In this document: piece after piece, positions 17,299 to 26,896 of the stretch
Position numbering within the stretch: the stretch's first letter is position 1
Layout of the letters: each line of letters starts with the position of its first letter
Origin: Actinomycetes bacterium
GTDB lineage: Bacteria > Actinomycetota > Actinomycetes > S36-B12
Direction of reading: 5' to 3'
DNA: 64,000 nt
NCBI GenBank assembly: GCA_965278965.1
Contig: OZ257127.1
Span: forward strand, 2,036,911-2,100,910
Notes under the pieces: generated by a model
The model's input: the letters and a program-made list of their open reading frames with translations, nothing else
Databases searched by the model: none
What the model was told of the DNA's origin: nothing
Made by a program: the position numbers and the translations under genes

Positions 17299-19469
17299 GA
17301 CGCGGCTCCCGCTGCGCCGCCGGCTCGTGGACCGCGTGGTCGGCGGCTGGACCGGATGCGCCTGGTGACCCCGAAGACGACGAACACCGCGACGGCGACG
17401 AACGAGGCCGCGACCACCCACGCGGCGGCGCGGGCGTACGCCGTTGACGACACGACGATGGGTGCCGGCTGCCCGAAGGGGGCGCCGTCCGGGGCGAGTA
17501 GCTGGACGTCGACGTCGAGCGGGTCCCCGCCGACGACCTTGGCGTCCACATCGACGCTGACCATCTTCCCGGCGTCGATCTCGATCCCCTCGAGCGGAGC
17601 GGCATCGATCCGCAGTGACGGGTGACCGACGAGAGCCAGGCCGACCGTGACGGCCCGGTCGAGGTCGTTGACGATGGTGACCGGGACCCTGCCCGTGTCG
17701 CCGCTGAGCGTCACGTTGCCGGTGGACAGCACGTGCACCCGTTCCGTGAGGTCGCTGAGCTGGCGGGCGATCGTGCCGAGCAGGCGCTCGGCGGTGTCCG
17801 GCTCGGTCCGCCACGCGGCGGACTCCGCGCGCAGGAGGGCCTGCGCGAACGGCTCCCCGATCCCGGTCGGGTCGTCGACGACCGACGTGAGGACATCGAG
17901 CTCGTCGGTCTGCTCGGCGACACGCGCGAGGTATCCCGGCGCGAGCTCGGCATCCCTGGCCTTCTCGCCGTACGCCCCCCGCTTGCGCGCGGCCCCGGCC
18001 AGTGGCTGCTCAAGCAGGCCGGTCAGTGACTGCGAGGACAGCCACGGGGCCGTGCGGGTCGCCTTCAGGAGGGGGGCGATGAGCGAGGCCGTCGCCGTCC
18101 AGCGGACATCCGCCGGTGCCACGACGACGGATCGGGGCGAGTCCGCCGGCAGCCCCTGGGACAGGACGGCCGTCTGGGCGAGGAACAGCTGCCGCGCGAC
18201 GAGGACGTCGGAGGCCGTCCGCTGCGGACCAGCAAGGATCGCCGAGAGCGTCGGGTCGGTGAGGACGGCACGGATGGTGCCGACCGCGGTGGGCAGGGCG
18301 GCGACGCCCTGGCCCTCGGTGACGGCGTCGGCGTCGACGGTCGGCAGCGCGTCGGCGGACAGCACGATCGTGCCGACGCCCGCCGAGGCCAGGACGTCGA
18401 GCGCTGGGCGGTCGATCCGGCCGAAGGGCGCCCAGTACAGGCCGTCACCGACGGAGCCGCCGAGCGCCTCGCGCGCCACCGCAGGGGCCACGGTGACGGC
18501 CCGGACGACGTCGTTCGACATCCCCGCCCGGGTGACCGCCGATGCGTCGATGTCCGCGTACGGCAGCAGCCGCATGCCGACCTCGCCGGCCACCTCGCCG
18601 GCCTGGGCGAGCCAGTCCTGCGCCTGCTGCTCGCGGTCACCGACGACGACCTGGCCGCCAGACTGCACCTGGTAGCCGTCCGTCATCGCCTGTGCGGTCT
18701 GCAGCAGCGCCGGATCGGCGATCCAGGAGACGGTGTCCTCGTGGCGGCGACCCAGGCGCATCAATGTGTCCAGCCGTCCCCCCTCCGACAGCTCGACCGG
18801 GGTGCGGTCGCCGATGAGCACGCCGTCCGGGGCGCGAGCGGGCCAGTCGGCGAGGGGCCACAGCCACGTCACGTCGACGGGTCGGACGTCTGCTGTCCCA
18901 TCGGGGTACCACGGCAGGAACGTGCGCAGCACGCCCTGACGTGCGTCGAACTCGTCGACGCCGGGCTGTCGGCCCACGGCCTCGATCCCCAGCACGTACG
19001 TGCCAGGCCCCGGCAGGCCCAGGGCAGAGATCGGCACCCGGATCGTGAAGCCGGCGCTTGCCCCCGGTGCCAGCGCCTTCGCCACCTCGACGCGCGTGCT
19101 CGGCAGCGGGACGTCGTCGGGGTCACCCCCGCCCGGATCGACGGGGGCGGACGCCACCGCGGTGACCTGCCGGCGGCTCGTGAGCGGGGCCGACGAGCGG
19201 CGCAGCTGAACGCTGACGTCGGAGATTGCGACCGCGGCCGCGCTCACGACTCGACCGGTGACGCGCAGGTCGTCCCCGTCGGCGGGGACGAGGGGCTGCA
19301 GCCCGTCGATGACGACCCGGACGGCTGCCTTCTCGTCGGCCGCCCTGATGGCCGTCGTCATCGGCGGATCAGCGGCGGCGGCGGGGATGGTCAGCAGCGG
19401 CAGCACGGCCAGCGCCGACCCGAGGGCGACCGCGAGGGCTCGGGCCGGCCCGTGTCCGCCAGCGGTCAT
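17295..19469 (-). CDS. Large secreted/anchored conserved hypothetical protein (Rv3909/DUF6049-like)
   Basis: Signal peptide ([23 protein letters not shown]) and a C-terminal TM ([21 protein letters not shown]). It holds the conserved position between nudix and murJ. The ATG at 19469 overlaps the nudix stop. Confidence 0.7.
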   Translation of the reverse strand: MTAGGHGPARALAVALGSALAVLPLLTIPAAAADPPMTTAIRAADEKAAVRVVIDGLQPLVPADGDDLRVTGRVVSAAAVAISDVSVQLRRSSAPLTSRRQVTAVASAPVDPGGGDPDDVPLPSTRVEVAKALAPGASAGFTIRVPISALGLPGPGTYVLGIEAVGRQPGVDEFDARQGVLRTFLPWYPDGTADVRPVDVTWLWPLADWPARAPDGVLIGDRTPVELSEGGRLDTLMRLGRRHEDTVSWIADPALLQTAQAMTDGYQVQSGGQVVVGDREQQAQDWLAQAGEVAGEVGMRLLPYADIDASAVTRAGMSNDVVRAVTVAPAVAREALGGSVGDGLYWAPFGRIDRPALDVLASAGVGTIVLSADALPTVDADAVTEGQGVAALPTAVGTIRAVLTDPTLSAILAGPQRTASDVLVARQLFLAQTAVLSQGLPADSPRSVVVAPADVRWTATASLIAPLLKATRTAPWLSSQSLTGLLEQPLAGAARKRGAYGEKARDAELAPGYLARVAEQTDELDVLTSVVDDPTGIGEPFAQALLRAESAAWRTEPDTAERLLGTIARQLSDLTERVHVLSTGNVTLSGDTGRVPVTIVNDLDRAVTVGLALVGHPSLRIDAAPLEGIEIDAGKMVSVDVDAKVVGGDPLDVDVQLLAPDGAPFGQPAPIVVSSTAYARAAAWVVAASFVAVAVFVVFGVTRRIRSSRRPRGPRAGGAAGAAS

Positions 19470-19924
19470 GCGGGGTCCGGTGGCTCGAGCGCCTCTCGCA
19501 CCCGATCCACGAGCCGACGCTCGTCCGCGTAGCGCAGACGGTCGGCGACCTCGTCGAGCGGCACCCAGGCGACCTCCACGACCTCGGCGTCCTCGTCCGA
19601 CAGCAGGCCGCCGTACGCCTCGAGCACGAAGTGGTGGACGGTCTTGTGGATCCGCCGGTCGTCGGCCATGAACCAGAAGTCGATCGTGCCGAGGCTCGCG
19701 ACGATGTTCCCGTGGATCCCGGTCTCCTCGAACACTTCCCGCACCGCGGCCTGCTCGGGGGACTCCCCTGCCTCGAGGTGGCCCTTCGGCAGTGACCACA
19801 CGAGGCGGCCGCGGCGGTCGTGTCGGGCGATGAGCGCCGCATGCGGCCGGCCGCCGTGCGTCTGGACCACGAATCCACCGGCGGAGGTCTCCTCGACCCG
19901 GGCTGACGCCCTCCGCCTGCGCAT
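19466..19924 (-). CDS. NUDIX hydrolase (MutT4-like)
   Basis: Canonical Nudix box [23 protein letters not shown]. Confidence 0.88.
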   Translation of the reverse strand: MRRRRASARVEETSAGGFVVQTHGGRPHAALIARHDRRGRLVWSLPKGHLEAGESPEQAAVREVFEETGIHGNIVASLGTIDFWFMADDRRIHKTVHHFVLEAYGGLLSDEDAEVVEVAWVPLDEVADRLRYADERRLVDRVREALEPPDPA

Positions 19925-20032
19925 ACGGGCAGGATAGATCGCCGCCCCATCACCTACGTCCAGCCGTGCGGGCGGGCAGTCCGCTCGCCGCCTGGTCGGT
20001 CCCCGCGCACGAGGCGTCTACGCTCATCTGCC

Positions 20033-21502
20033 GTGACCCCCGACCCGGCCGCCGGCCGTGACCCCCGTCGCGTCGCGGTCGCCGAGCTGGCCCCGATGAC
20101 GGCGCTGCTCACCGGCCTGGGTGAGCGCTTCGCCGACGGCGGCCATGAGCTCGCGCTCGTCGGCGGCCCGGTTCGGGACGCCTTGCTGGGGCGCCTGGCC
20201 TCGCGGCCTGAGGCCGACCTGGACTTCACCACCGACGCCCACCCCACGCGGATCCAGGCGCTGATCGCACCGATCGCCGAGGCGGTCTGGGACGTCGGCG
20301 CGCGGTTCGGCACGATCGGGGCCCGGATCGACGGCCGCGAGGTCGAGATCACCACGTACCGCGCGGAGCAGTACGACGCGGCGTCGCGCAAGCCCGAGGT
20401 CTCGTTCGGGGACTCGCTGGCCGGCGATCTCGTCCGGCGTGACTTCACCGTCAACGCGATGGCTCTGCGGCTGCCGACGCTGGAGTTCGTGGACCTGCAC
20501 GGCGGCCTGACGGACCTCGCCGCCGGCGTCCTGCGGACGCCCGCGACCGCGGAGCAGTCCTTCTCGGACGATCCGTTGCGGATGATGCGAGCGGCCCGCT
20601 TCGCGGCGGAGCTCGGGTTCGCGGTCGTGCCCGAGGTTCTCGCGGCGATGGCCGACCAGGCTGACCGGCTGTCGATCGTCTCGGCCGAGCGGATCCGGGA
20701 CGAGCTCGTGAAGATCGTCATGTCGGCCGATCCCCGGCGCGGCCTGACGCTGCTGGTCGACACCGGGCTCGCGGCGCACGTGCTCCCCGAGCTGCCTTTG
20801 CTGCGGCTGGAGGAGGACGAGCACCACCACCACAAGGACGTCTACGAGCACAGCCTGACCGTGCTGGAGCAGGCAATAGCGCTCGAGGACGGGCACCAGC
20901 CGGTGTCGGGGCCGGACCTCGTTCTCCGGCTGGCCGCTCTCCTGCACGACATCGGCAAGCCTCGGACGCGCCGGTTCGAGTCGGACGGCCGGGTGTCGTT
21001 CCACCACCACGAGGTCGTCGGTGAGCGGATGAGCCGGAAGAGGATGCAGGCCTTGCGGTTCTCGGGCGCCGAGACGGACGACGTCGCGACCCTGGTGGGC
21101 CTGCACCTGCGGTTCCACGGCTACGGCACCGGCGAGTGGACCGACTCGGCCGTGCGCCGGTATGTCCGCGACGCCGGGCCTTTGCTGACGCGGCTGCACA
21201 AGCTGACCCGCGCGGACTGCACCACACGCAACCGACGCCGGGCAGCTGCTCTGCAGCGGTCCTATGACTCGCTCGAACGCCGCATCACCGAGCTGGCGGC
21301 CCAGGAGCAGCTCGACGCCGTACGGCCCGAGCTCGATGGCCGGGCGATCATGGAGCTGCTCGGCCTGCCTCCGGGGCCGGTCGTCGGTGAGGCGTACCGC
21401 TTCTTGCTCGACCTGCGGCTGGACCGTGGGCCGCTCGGCGAGGACGACGCCCGCGAAGCCCTGCTCGCGTGGTGGGCCGCCCGGCCCCAACCGTCCACAT
21501 GA
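20033..21502 (+). CDS. cca: CCA tRNA nucleotidyltransferase / poly(A) polymerase family with an HD domain
   Basis: LVGGPVRDALLGR, DLDFTT, RDFTVNAM and the HD region LLHDIGKP. Confidence 0.9.
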   Translation: MTPDPAAGRDPRRVAVAELAPMTALLTGLGERFADGGHELALVGGPVRDALLGRLASRPEADLDFTTDAHPTRIQALIAPIAEAVWDVGARFGTIGARIDGREVEITTYRAEQYDAASRKPEVSFGDSLAGDLVRRDFTVNAMALRLPTLEFVDLHGGLTDLAAGVLRTPATAEQSFSDDPLRMMRAARFAAELGFAVVPEVLAAMADQADRLSIVSAERIRDELVKIVMSADPRRGLTLLVDTGLAAHVLPELPLLRLEEDEHHHHKDVYEHSLTVLEQAIALEDGHQPVSGPDLVLRLAALLHDIGKPRTRRFESDGRVSFHHHEVVGERMSRKRMQALRFSGAETDDVATLVGLHLRFHGYGTGEWTDSAVRRYVRDAGPLLTRLHKLTRADCTTRNRRRAAALQRSYDSLERRITELAAQEQLDAVRPELDGRAIMELLGLPPGPVVGEAYRFLLDLRLDRGPLGEDDAREALLAWWAARPQPST

Positions 21503-21632
21503 CCTGGACGGTTGCCGTGCCGCCCGGAACGGGCGATTTCACGACCAACCGGGTCGTTTCGGAGGATTCGGGTCTAGCGTGCGGCACGTGAACGAGCCCG
21601 CAGGTCTCCGGTCAGCCAGCTACAGCCCCGGG

Positions 21633-23129
21633 ATGGTCCCCGCGCGGGTGTCACGTCGGGCGACGCCGGCGGAGAGAGCGGCGACCGGCCGCGCCGCCCG
21701 CGAGCGACGTCCGCGCACGTCTCTCGCGAAGTGGACGGCACCGGCCGACCGCCAGGATCCCGTGGCGCTGCTCGCGCAGCAGGAGGTCGTGCGGGTCCCC
21801 GGGCTGCTGCCGCTACGGCACTCCCGGATGTCCGCCAGCGCGTTCACCTTCTACCGCGGCGGCGCGACGATCATGGCCCACGACCTCGGCGCGCTCCCGA
21901 GCAGCGGACTGGTCACCCAGCTGTGCGGGGACGCCCACCTCGCCAACTTCGGCGTGTTCGGCGCTCCCGACCGCTCACTGGTCTTCGACATCAACGACTT
22001 CGACGAGACCCATCCCGGGCCGTTCGAGTGGGACGTCCTGCGGCTGGCGACGTCGTTCGTCCTCGCGGCGCGGGACAACGGCCTGCCCGCCGAGGACGCG
22101 GCGGCCGCCGCCTTGTCCGTCGGCACCGCCTACCGCACGCAGATGGCGGCCTACTCGACGATGTCGGACCTCGACACCTGGTACCAGCGCGTTGCCGTCG
22201 ACGACATCCTCGCGCTGGCTGCGCAGGAAGGTTTCGGCGACCGCAAGCGGATGGCCAAGGCGGCGGCCAAGGCGCGCACGCGTACGTCGTGGTCGGCGAT
22301 CGAGAAGATGACCGCTGTCACGCAGGAGGGGCGGCGATTCCTGGATCTGCCGCCGCTGCTGATGCCGACCGACCTGACGGAGGCGACCGAGGCGATCGTC
22401 GCGTCGATGCTGGAGCAGTACCGCGGTTCGCTGCCGCATGACCGGCGACACCTGCTGCTGCGATACCACCCGGTCGACATGGCGCACAAGGTCGTGGGCG
22501 TCGGCAGCGTCGGCCTGCTCGCATTCGTGATCCTCATGCAGGGGCGCGACGAGGACGACCTCATCGTGCTCCAGGCGAAGCAGGCGGTGGAGAGCGTGCT
22601 GGAGCCGTTCACCGCCCCGTCGACCTACCCGTACGCGGGGGAGCGCGTCGTCGCCGGCCAGCAGCTCATGCAGGCCGCGTCGGACATCTTCTTGGGGTGG
22701 ACCCGCGGAGCCGCCGGTCGCGACTACTACATCCGGCAGCTGCGGGACATGAAGTACGCCCCGGACCCCGCGCTCATGCCCGGCCCGACCCTGCGGGGCT
22801 ACGCCATGCTGTGCGGCGGGACGCTCGCCCGGGCGCACGCCCGCGGCGGCGACAGCATCGCGATCGCGTCGTACCTCGGGACGAGCGACAAGTTCGACAG
22901 GGCGGTCCACGACTTCTCCCTGGCGTACGCGGACCAGGTCGCGACGGACTACGCGGCCTACCAGGCCGCGATCGCCAGCGGCGCTGTCGGCCTGGGGGAC
23001 CGTGCCGAGGAGGCGTCGTACCAGATGGTCTTCGATCCGACCGATGGCATCAGGGTCGTCGCGCGCGCGACGGCGGCCACCGGGCCGGCGGCGCCTGAGC
23101 CGGCGACCACGCCAGAGAACGTCGGTTAG
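21633..23129 (+). CDS. DUF2252 family protein
   Basis: TPAERAATGRAARERRPR..., FYRGGATIMAHDL and DAHLANFGVFGAPDRSLVFDINDFDET are typical of DUF2252. The start is uncertain (ATG 21633; GTG 21579 is the alternative). Confidence 0.75.
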   Translation: MVPARVSRRATPAERAATGRAARERRPRTSLAKWTAPADRQDPVALLAQQEVVRVPGLLPLRHSRMSASAFTFYRGGATIMAHDLGALPSSGLVTQLCGDAHLANFGVFGAPDRSLVFDINDFDETHPGPFEWDVLRLATSFVLAARDNGLPAEDAAAAALSVGTAYRTQMAAYSTMSDLDTWYQRVAVDDILALAAQEGFGDRKRMAKAAAKARTRTSWSAIEKMTAVTQEGRRFLDLPPLLMPTDLTEATEAIVASMLEQYRGSLPHDRRHLLLRYHPVDMAHKVVGVGSVGLLAFVILMQGRDEDDLIVLQAKQAVESVLEPFTAPSTYPYAGERVVAGQQLMQAASDIFLGWTRGAAGRDYYIRQLRDMKYAPDPALMPGPTLRGYAMLCGGTLARAHARGGDSIAIASYLGTSDKFDRAVHDFSLAYADQVATDYAAYQAAIASGAVGLGDRAEEASYQMVFDPTDGIRVVARATAATGPAAPEPATTPENVG

Positions 23130-24379
23130 ACGACCGCCTCGACCGGCGGTGCCGGCGGCGCGGACGGCGCTGCCGGGAGATCGGTCGGCGCGCGCCCCGG
23201 TCCGGCGAGCAGCTGGATGACGGTGAGCAGCCCGGCCACGAGCGCGCTGGTCCACACCACGGTGGTGACGCTGAACGTGCCTGACACGACAAGCAGGGCC
23301 AGGCCGACGACGTAGGTCGCCCCGCGCAGCCATGGCAGCGAGCTCGCCGGCAGGATCCCCGGCTGGTCCGGGCGGGATCGGCCGGACAGCTCGGCAAGGC
23401 CGGTGGTCACGTGCCCCCGGGCCCAGCGCGCAGCGCCGGTCCGGCCGCCGAACCAGCCGGCGAGGATCAAGATCACGCCGAGGGCCAAGAACCCTTGGGT
23501 GCCGAGCACGAGGTAGTCCAGCAGGGTCCACCAGAAGGCGTCGACCGCCGCGGCCCACGGCGTCATCGCCAGCTGCTGCGTGACGGTCTCCTGGCCAGCG
23601 CTGATACCCAGCAGGAGCACGATCATCGACACGACGAGCACGATGCCCAGAGCCACGACGGTCCGGGCCCGGTAACGGGACAAGATGATGGCGAGCGCGA
23701 ACAGCAGCGCCACGAAGATCGGCAGGAGGCTGAGCACCGGGCCGGCGACCTCGTAGATCGACCGGATCTGCGCGAGCACCGGGGTGTTGGCGAGGACGAT
23801 CGTCGTCGAGGTCTTGGGCAGGGGGATGTTCGCGGCGGCGGAGATGCCGGAGTCGACGAGGTTCGCCTGGATCGACTGCAGCGCAACCGTCAGGTCCAGT
23901 ACGAGGTTGTCGCCCTGGAGCTGGACGATGCCGTCGTTGCTGCCTTCGAGCATCCGGACAGCGCTCTGCTGCGCGGCCCGGTTGAAGTCGACCCACACCT
24001 GCGCGAACTGGTCGGACGCGACGAACTTCCCGACGAGGTTGCCGATCAGCCCGTTGATCCCCGCGGCGATCGGGGCCGAGAGCACCCCGTCGAGCCCAGT
24101 GTTGCCCGGCAGGACGTTCCCGAGCAGCTTCTCGACCTGCGACTCGGTGTCGAGCCGGGTCACGATCTGGTCCGTCACGGAGGTCGCCAGGGCCTCCTGG
24201 ACCGCGGGCTGGTCGATGAGCGGGCCGACCGTGGCGACGTAGCGATCGGTGTCGATCACGGTCCGGTTGCCCCAGTGCCCCACAACGGCGGGGATCAGCA
24301 GGATCGTCGCGACGACGAACAGGACGATCGCGCCGACCGTACGGCCGACGTGGCGCTCGCTCGCTGCGGGCACGCTCAT
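23126..24379 (-). CDS. Integral membrane protein, function unknown
   Basis: 417 aa with an N-terminal TM, a large soluble segment, then 5-6 TM helices. GGAAGGA lies upstream of the ATG. The stop overlaps the DUF2252 stop (TTAG, 23126-23129). Confidence 0.65.
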   Translation of the reverse strand: MSVPAASERHVGRTVGAIVLFVVATILLIPAVVGHWGNRTVIDTDRYVATVGPLIDQPAVQEALATSVTDQIVTRLDTESQVEKLLGNVLPGNTGLDGVLSAPIAAGINGLIGNLVGKFVASDQFAQVWVDFNRAAQQSAVRMLEGSNDGIVQLQGDNLVLDLTVALQSIQANLVDSGISAAANIPLPKTSTTIVLANTPVLAQIRSIYEVAGPVLSLLPIFVALLFALAIILSRYRARTVVALGIVLVVSMIVLLLGISAGQETVTQQLAMTPWAAAVDAFWWTLLDYLVLGTQGFLALGVILILAGWFGGRTGAARWARGHVTTGLAELSGRSRPDQPGILPASSLPWLRGATYVVGLALLVVSGTFSVTTVVWTSALVAGLLTVIQLLAGPGRAPTDLPAAPSAPPAPPVEAVV

Positions 24380-24464
24380 GGGTGTTCCTTCCCCCGCGGC
24401 GCGTGCCGCGATCCGGGAGCGACCTTACGGCTCCGAGGGGCTCGATGGCCTCCCCCTGATGCGG

Positions 24465-24503
24465 CGAGCCGCCCGGCCCCTTGGTGCGGGGACGGGCGGC
24501 TCG
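24465..24503 (-). terminator. Hairpin downstream of ino1
   Basis: CGAGCCGCCCG (24465-24475) pairs with CGGGCGGCTCG (24493-24503), an 11-bp stem. The loop itself has CCCC/GGGG pairing. Confidence 0.45.
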
Positions 24504-24528
24504 GACGGTCCAGCTGCGGCCCGGGTGC

Positions 24529-25611
24529 TCAGTCGGTGCGGGCGCCGGAGATGAAGTCGTCGACGGCCTGCTTGGCCTCGCTGTCGCTGTACTGCACGGG
24601 CGGGGACTTCATGAAGTAGCTCGACGCGGACAGGATCGGTCCGCCGATGCCGCGGTCCATCGCGATCTTCGCCGCGCGGACCGCGTCGATGATGACGCCC
24701 GCGCTGTTCGGGGAGTCCCAGACCTCGAGCTTGTACTCCAGGTTCAGCGGGGCGTCGCCGAACGCGCGACCCTCGAGGCGCACGAAGGCCCACTTGCGGT
24801 CATCGAGCCATGCGATGTAGTCGCTCGGGCCGATGTGGACGTTGCGGGCGCCCATGTCGTGCGAAGTGACCTGCGAGGTGACGGACTGGGTCTTGGACAC
24901 CTTCTTGGACTCGAGGCGGTCGCGCTCGAGCATGTTCTTGAAGTCCATGTTGCCGCCGACGTTCAGCTGGTACGTGCGGTCCAGGATCACACCGCGATCC
25001 TCGAACAGCTTGGCCAGCACGCGGTGCGTGATGGTGGCGCCGACCTGGCTCTTGATGTCGTCGCCGACGATCGGCAGTCCGGCGTCGACGAACTTCTGCG
25101 CCCACTCGGGCGTGCCGGCGATGAACACCGGAAGGGCGTTGACGAACCCGCACCCGGCGTCGATCGCGCACTGCGCGTAGAACCGGGCCGCGTCCTCGGA
25201 GCCGACGGGCAGGTAGCACACGACGATGTCGACCGCGGCGGCCTTGAGCGCCGCGACGACGTCGACGGGCTCGGCGTCCGACTCGGTGATCGTCTCGCGG
25301 TAGTACTTGCCGAGGCCGTCCAGCGTGGTGCCGCGCTGGACGATGATGCCGGTGGGCGGCACGTCGGCGAACTTCAACGTGTTGTTCTCCGACGCGGCAA
25401 TCGCCTCGGAGAGGTCGAGGCCGACCTTCTTGCCGTCGACGTCGAACGCTGCGACGAACTCGACGTCGCGGACGTGGTACTCGCCGAACTGCACGTGCAT
25501 CAGGCCTGGCACGAAGTCCGCCGGATCGGCGTCCTTGTAGTACTCGACGCCCTGGACGAGCGACGAGGCGCAGTTGCCGACGCCCACGATGGCTACGCGA
25601 ACCGAACCCAT
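24529..25611 (-). CDS. ino1: Inositol-3-phosphate synthase
   Basis: [25 protein letters not shown] and the downstream conserved body. 360 aa. Confidence 0.92.
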   Translation of the reverse strand: MGSVRVAIVGVGNCASSLVQGVEYYKDADPADFVPGLMHVQFGEYHVRDVEFVAAFDVDGKKVGLDLSEAIAASENNTLKFADVPPTGIIVQRGTTLDGLGKYYRETITESDAEPVDVVAALKAAAVDIVVCYLPVGSEDAARFYAQCAIDAGCGFVNALPVFIAGTPEWAQKFVDAGLPIVGDDIKSQVGATITHRVLAKLFEDRGVILDRTYQLNVGGNMDFKNMLERDRLESKKVSKTQSVTSQVTSHDMGARNVHIGPSDYIAWLDDRKWAFVRLEGRAFGDAPLNLEYKLEVWDSPNSAGVIIDAVRAAKIAMDRGIGGPILSASSYFMKSPPVQYSDSEAKQAVDDFISGARTD

Positions 25612-26229
25612 TTAGTTCTCCTTGGTGGTGGTGGTCGAGCCGGTGCCGCCGGCCATGTCCGGGGCCGCGGCGGTAGACCGCTCGGCCGTGATGAGCTCGT
25701 TGAGCCAGCGCACCTCGCGCTCGGCTCCGTCGAGCCCGTGCTGCTGGAGCTTGATGGTGTAGGCGTCCGCGCGCTCGCGGCCGCGGGTCATGGACTCGCG
25801 CAGGGCGTCGACCCGCTCCTCCAGGCGGGAGCGGCGTCCCTCCAGGATCCGCAGCCGGACGCGGGCCTCGGTGCTGCCGAAGAACGCGAGGTGGGCGGCG
25901 AAGCCCTCGTCCTCCCACGCCTCAGGTCCGGGCTGGTTGGCCCAGGCGCTGAACTCGTCCTTGCCGTCGGCGGTGATCGCGTAGACGACCCGCGAGCGCC
26001 GGCCGGCCAGCGGCGGGGCGGTGGACTCGGTGGCCGGCGTGACGTCGACCTCCTCCAGCAGCCCCTTGGACTGCAGGCGGCGCAGGCAGGGGTAGAGCGA
26101 GCCGTACGACAGGGCGCGGAACGGCCCGAGGACGGTGGCCAGCCGCTTGCGCAGCTCGTAGCCGTGCAGCTCCCCGTCAGCAAGCACGCCGAGAACGGCG
26201 AACTCCAGGACGTCACGGCGGCTAGTCAT
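25612..26229 (-). CDS. PadR family transcriptional regulator
   Basis: LEFAVLGVLADGELHGYELRKRL...SYGSLYPCLRRLQSKGLL winged-helix motif. The TAA stop abuts the ino1 ATG. Confidence 0.88.
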   Translation of the reverse strand: MTSRRDVLEFAVLGVLADGELHGYELRKRLATVLGPFRALSYGSLYPCLRRLQSKGLLEEVDVTPATESTAPPLAGRRSRVVYAITADGKDEFSAWANQPGPEAWEDEGFAAHLAFFGSTEARVRLRILEGRRSRLEERVDALRESMTRGRERADAYTIKLQQHGLDGAEREVRWLNELITAERSTAAAPDMAGGTGSTTTTKEN

Positions 26230-26295
26230 GCAGGCAGTTATATCAACTCGATATACCGAAATGCAAAGTCGGCGGTCCTGCTTAGACTTCCCGAC

Positions 26296-26808
26296 ATGGC
26301 CGCGCCACGCCGGACCGCGATCCGAGGCACCATCGTGCGCGGAGCCCCGGCCCGCTCGCGCAGTCGTGGCGGCGAGCTGCCGCCGGCCGAGCCGGTCGCC
26401 AACCCCGAGCGCCCACGCAGCGTGGTCGAGAACGGCCTCGAGCGGCACAACGCCCTGCACCGGCTGCGCTCGGGCGCCGGGGTGCTCTCGTCCGACCTCT
26501 GCGACGCCGATCCCTACCTGCTCAAGGCGGCCAAGTTCCACGGCGAGGCGGCCGGCTCCTGCCCGGCCTGTCGAGATGCGGGCCTGGTGACGGTGACCTA
26601 TGTGTACGGCGATGAGCTCGGCCCGTACTCCGGGCGTATCCGCGCGACGGACGAGCTGGCCCCGATGGCCCACCAGTTCGGGTCGTTCAGCGTGTACGTC
26701 GTCGAGGTCTGCCAGCGGTGCCACTGGAACTTCCTGCTGCGCACGTACGTCCTAGGCGACGGCGTGCCGCGGCGGCCACCGGCCGCGCCGCGTGATCTCC
26801 TCGACTAG
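26296..26808 (+). CDS. DUF5318 family protein (Rv0049-like)
   Basis: Last 170 codons of ORF 24481..26808, with the Cys pairs CPACRD...CQRCHWNF. It is divergent from padR and upstream of ponA, as in other actinobacteria. Confidence 0.7.
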   Translation: MAAPRRTAIRGTIVRGAPARSRSRGGELPPAEPVANPERPRSVVENGLERHNALHRLRSGAGVLSSDLCDADPYLLKAAKFHGEAAGSCPACRDAGLVTVTYVYGDELGPYSGRIRATDELAPMAHQFGSFSVYVVEVCQRCHWNFLLRTYVLGDGVPRRPPAAPRDLLD

Positions 26809-26896
26809 AGGAGGTTGAGTGGCAGTTCGGGGCCGATGCGAGCGTCAGCGAGCGGGCCACGAAGCGCCACTCAACGATCGTTAGGCGGAGGCGACA

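Noticed and set aside
16171-17625. 484-aa plus-strand ORF
   Set aside because: It is antisense to murJ. It is rich in Arg, Asp and Gly with no hydrophobic or catalytic pattern.
21975-23996. 673-aa minus-strand ORF
   Set aside because: It is antisense to the DUF2252 gene and out of frame with the membrane-protein gene. It is Arg/Pro/Gly-rich without motifs.
24481-26295. First 605 codons of the 775-aa ORF 24481..26808
   Set aside because: They are antisense to ino1 and padR. Only the last 170 codons (from ATG 26296) look like a real protein (DUF5318-like with Cys pairs).
26815-26875. 10-bp long-range inverted repeat (GTTGAGTGGC / GCCACTCAAC) and a 21-codon GTG ORF in the ponA 5' region
   Set aside because: The ORF has poor SD spacing and no coding-like features. 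The pairing does not involve the ponA SD, so a regulatory role is too speculative to call.
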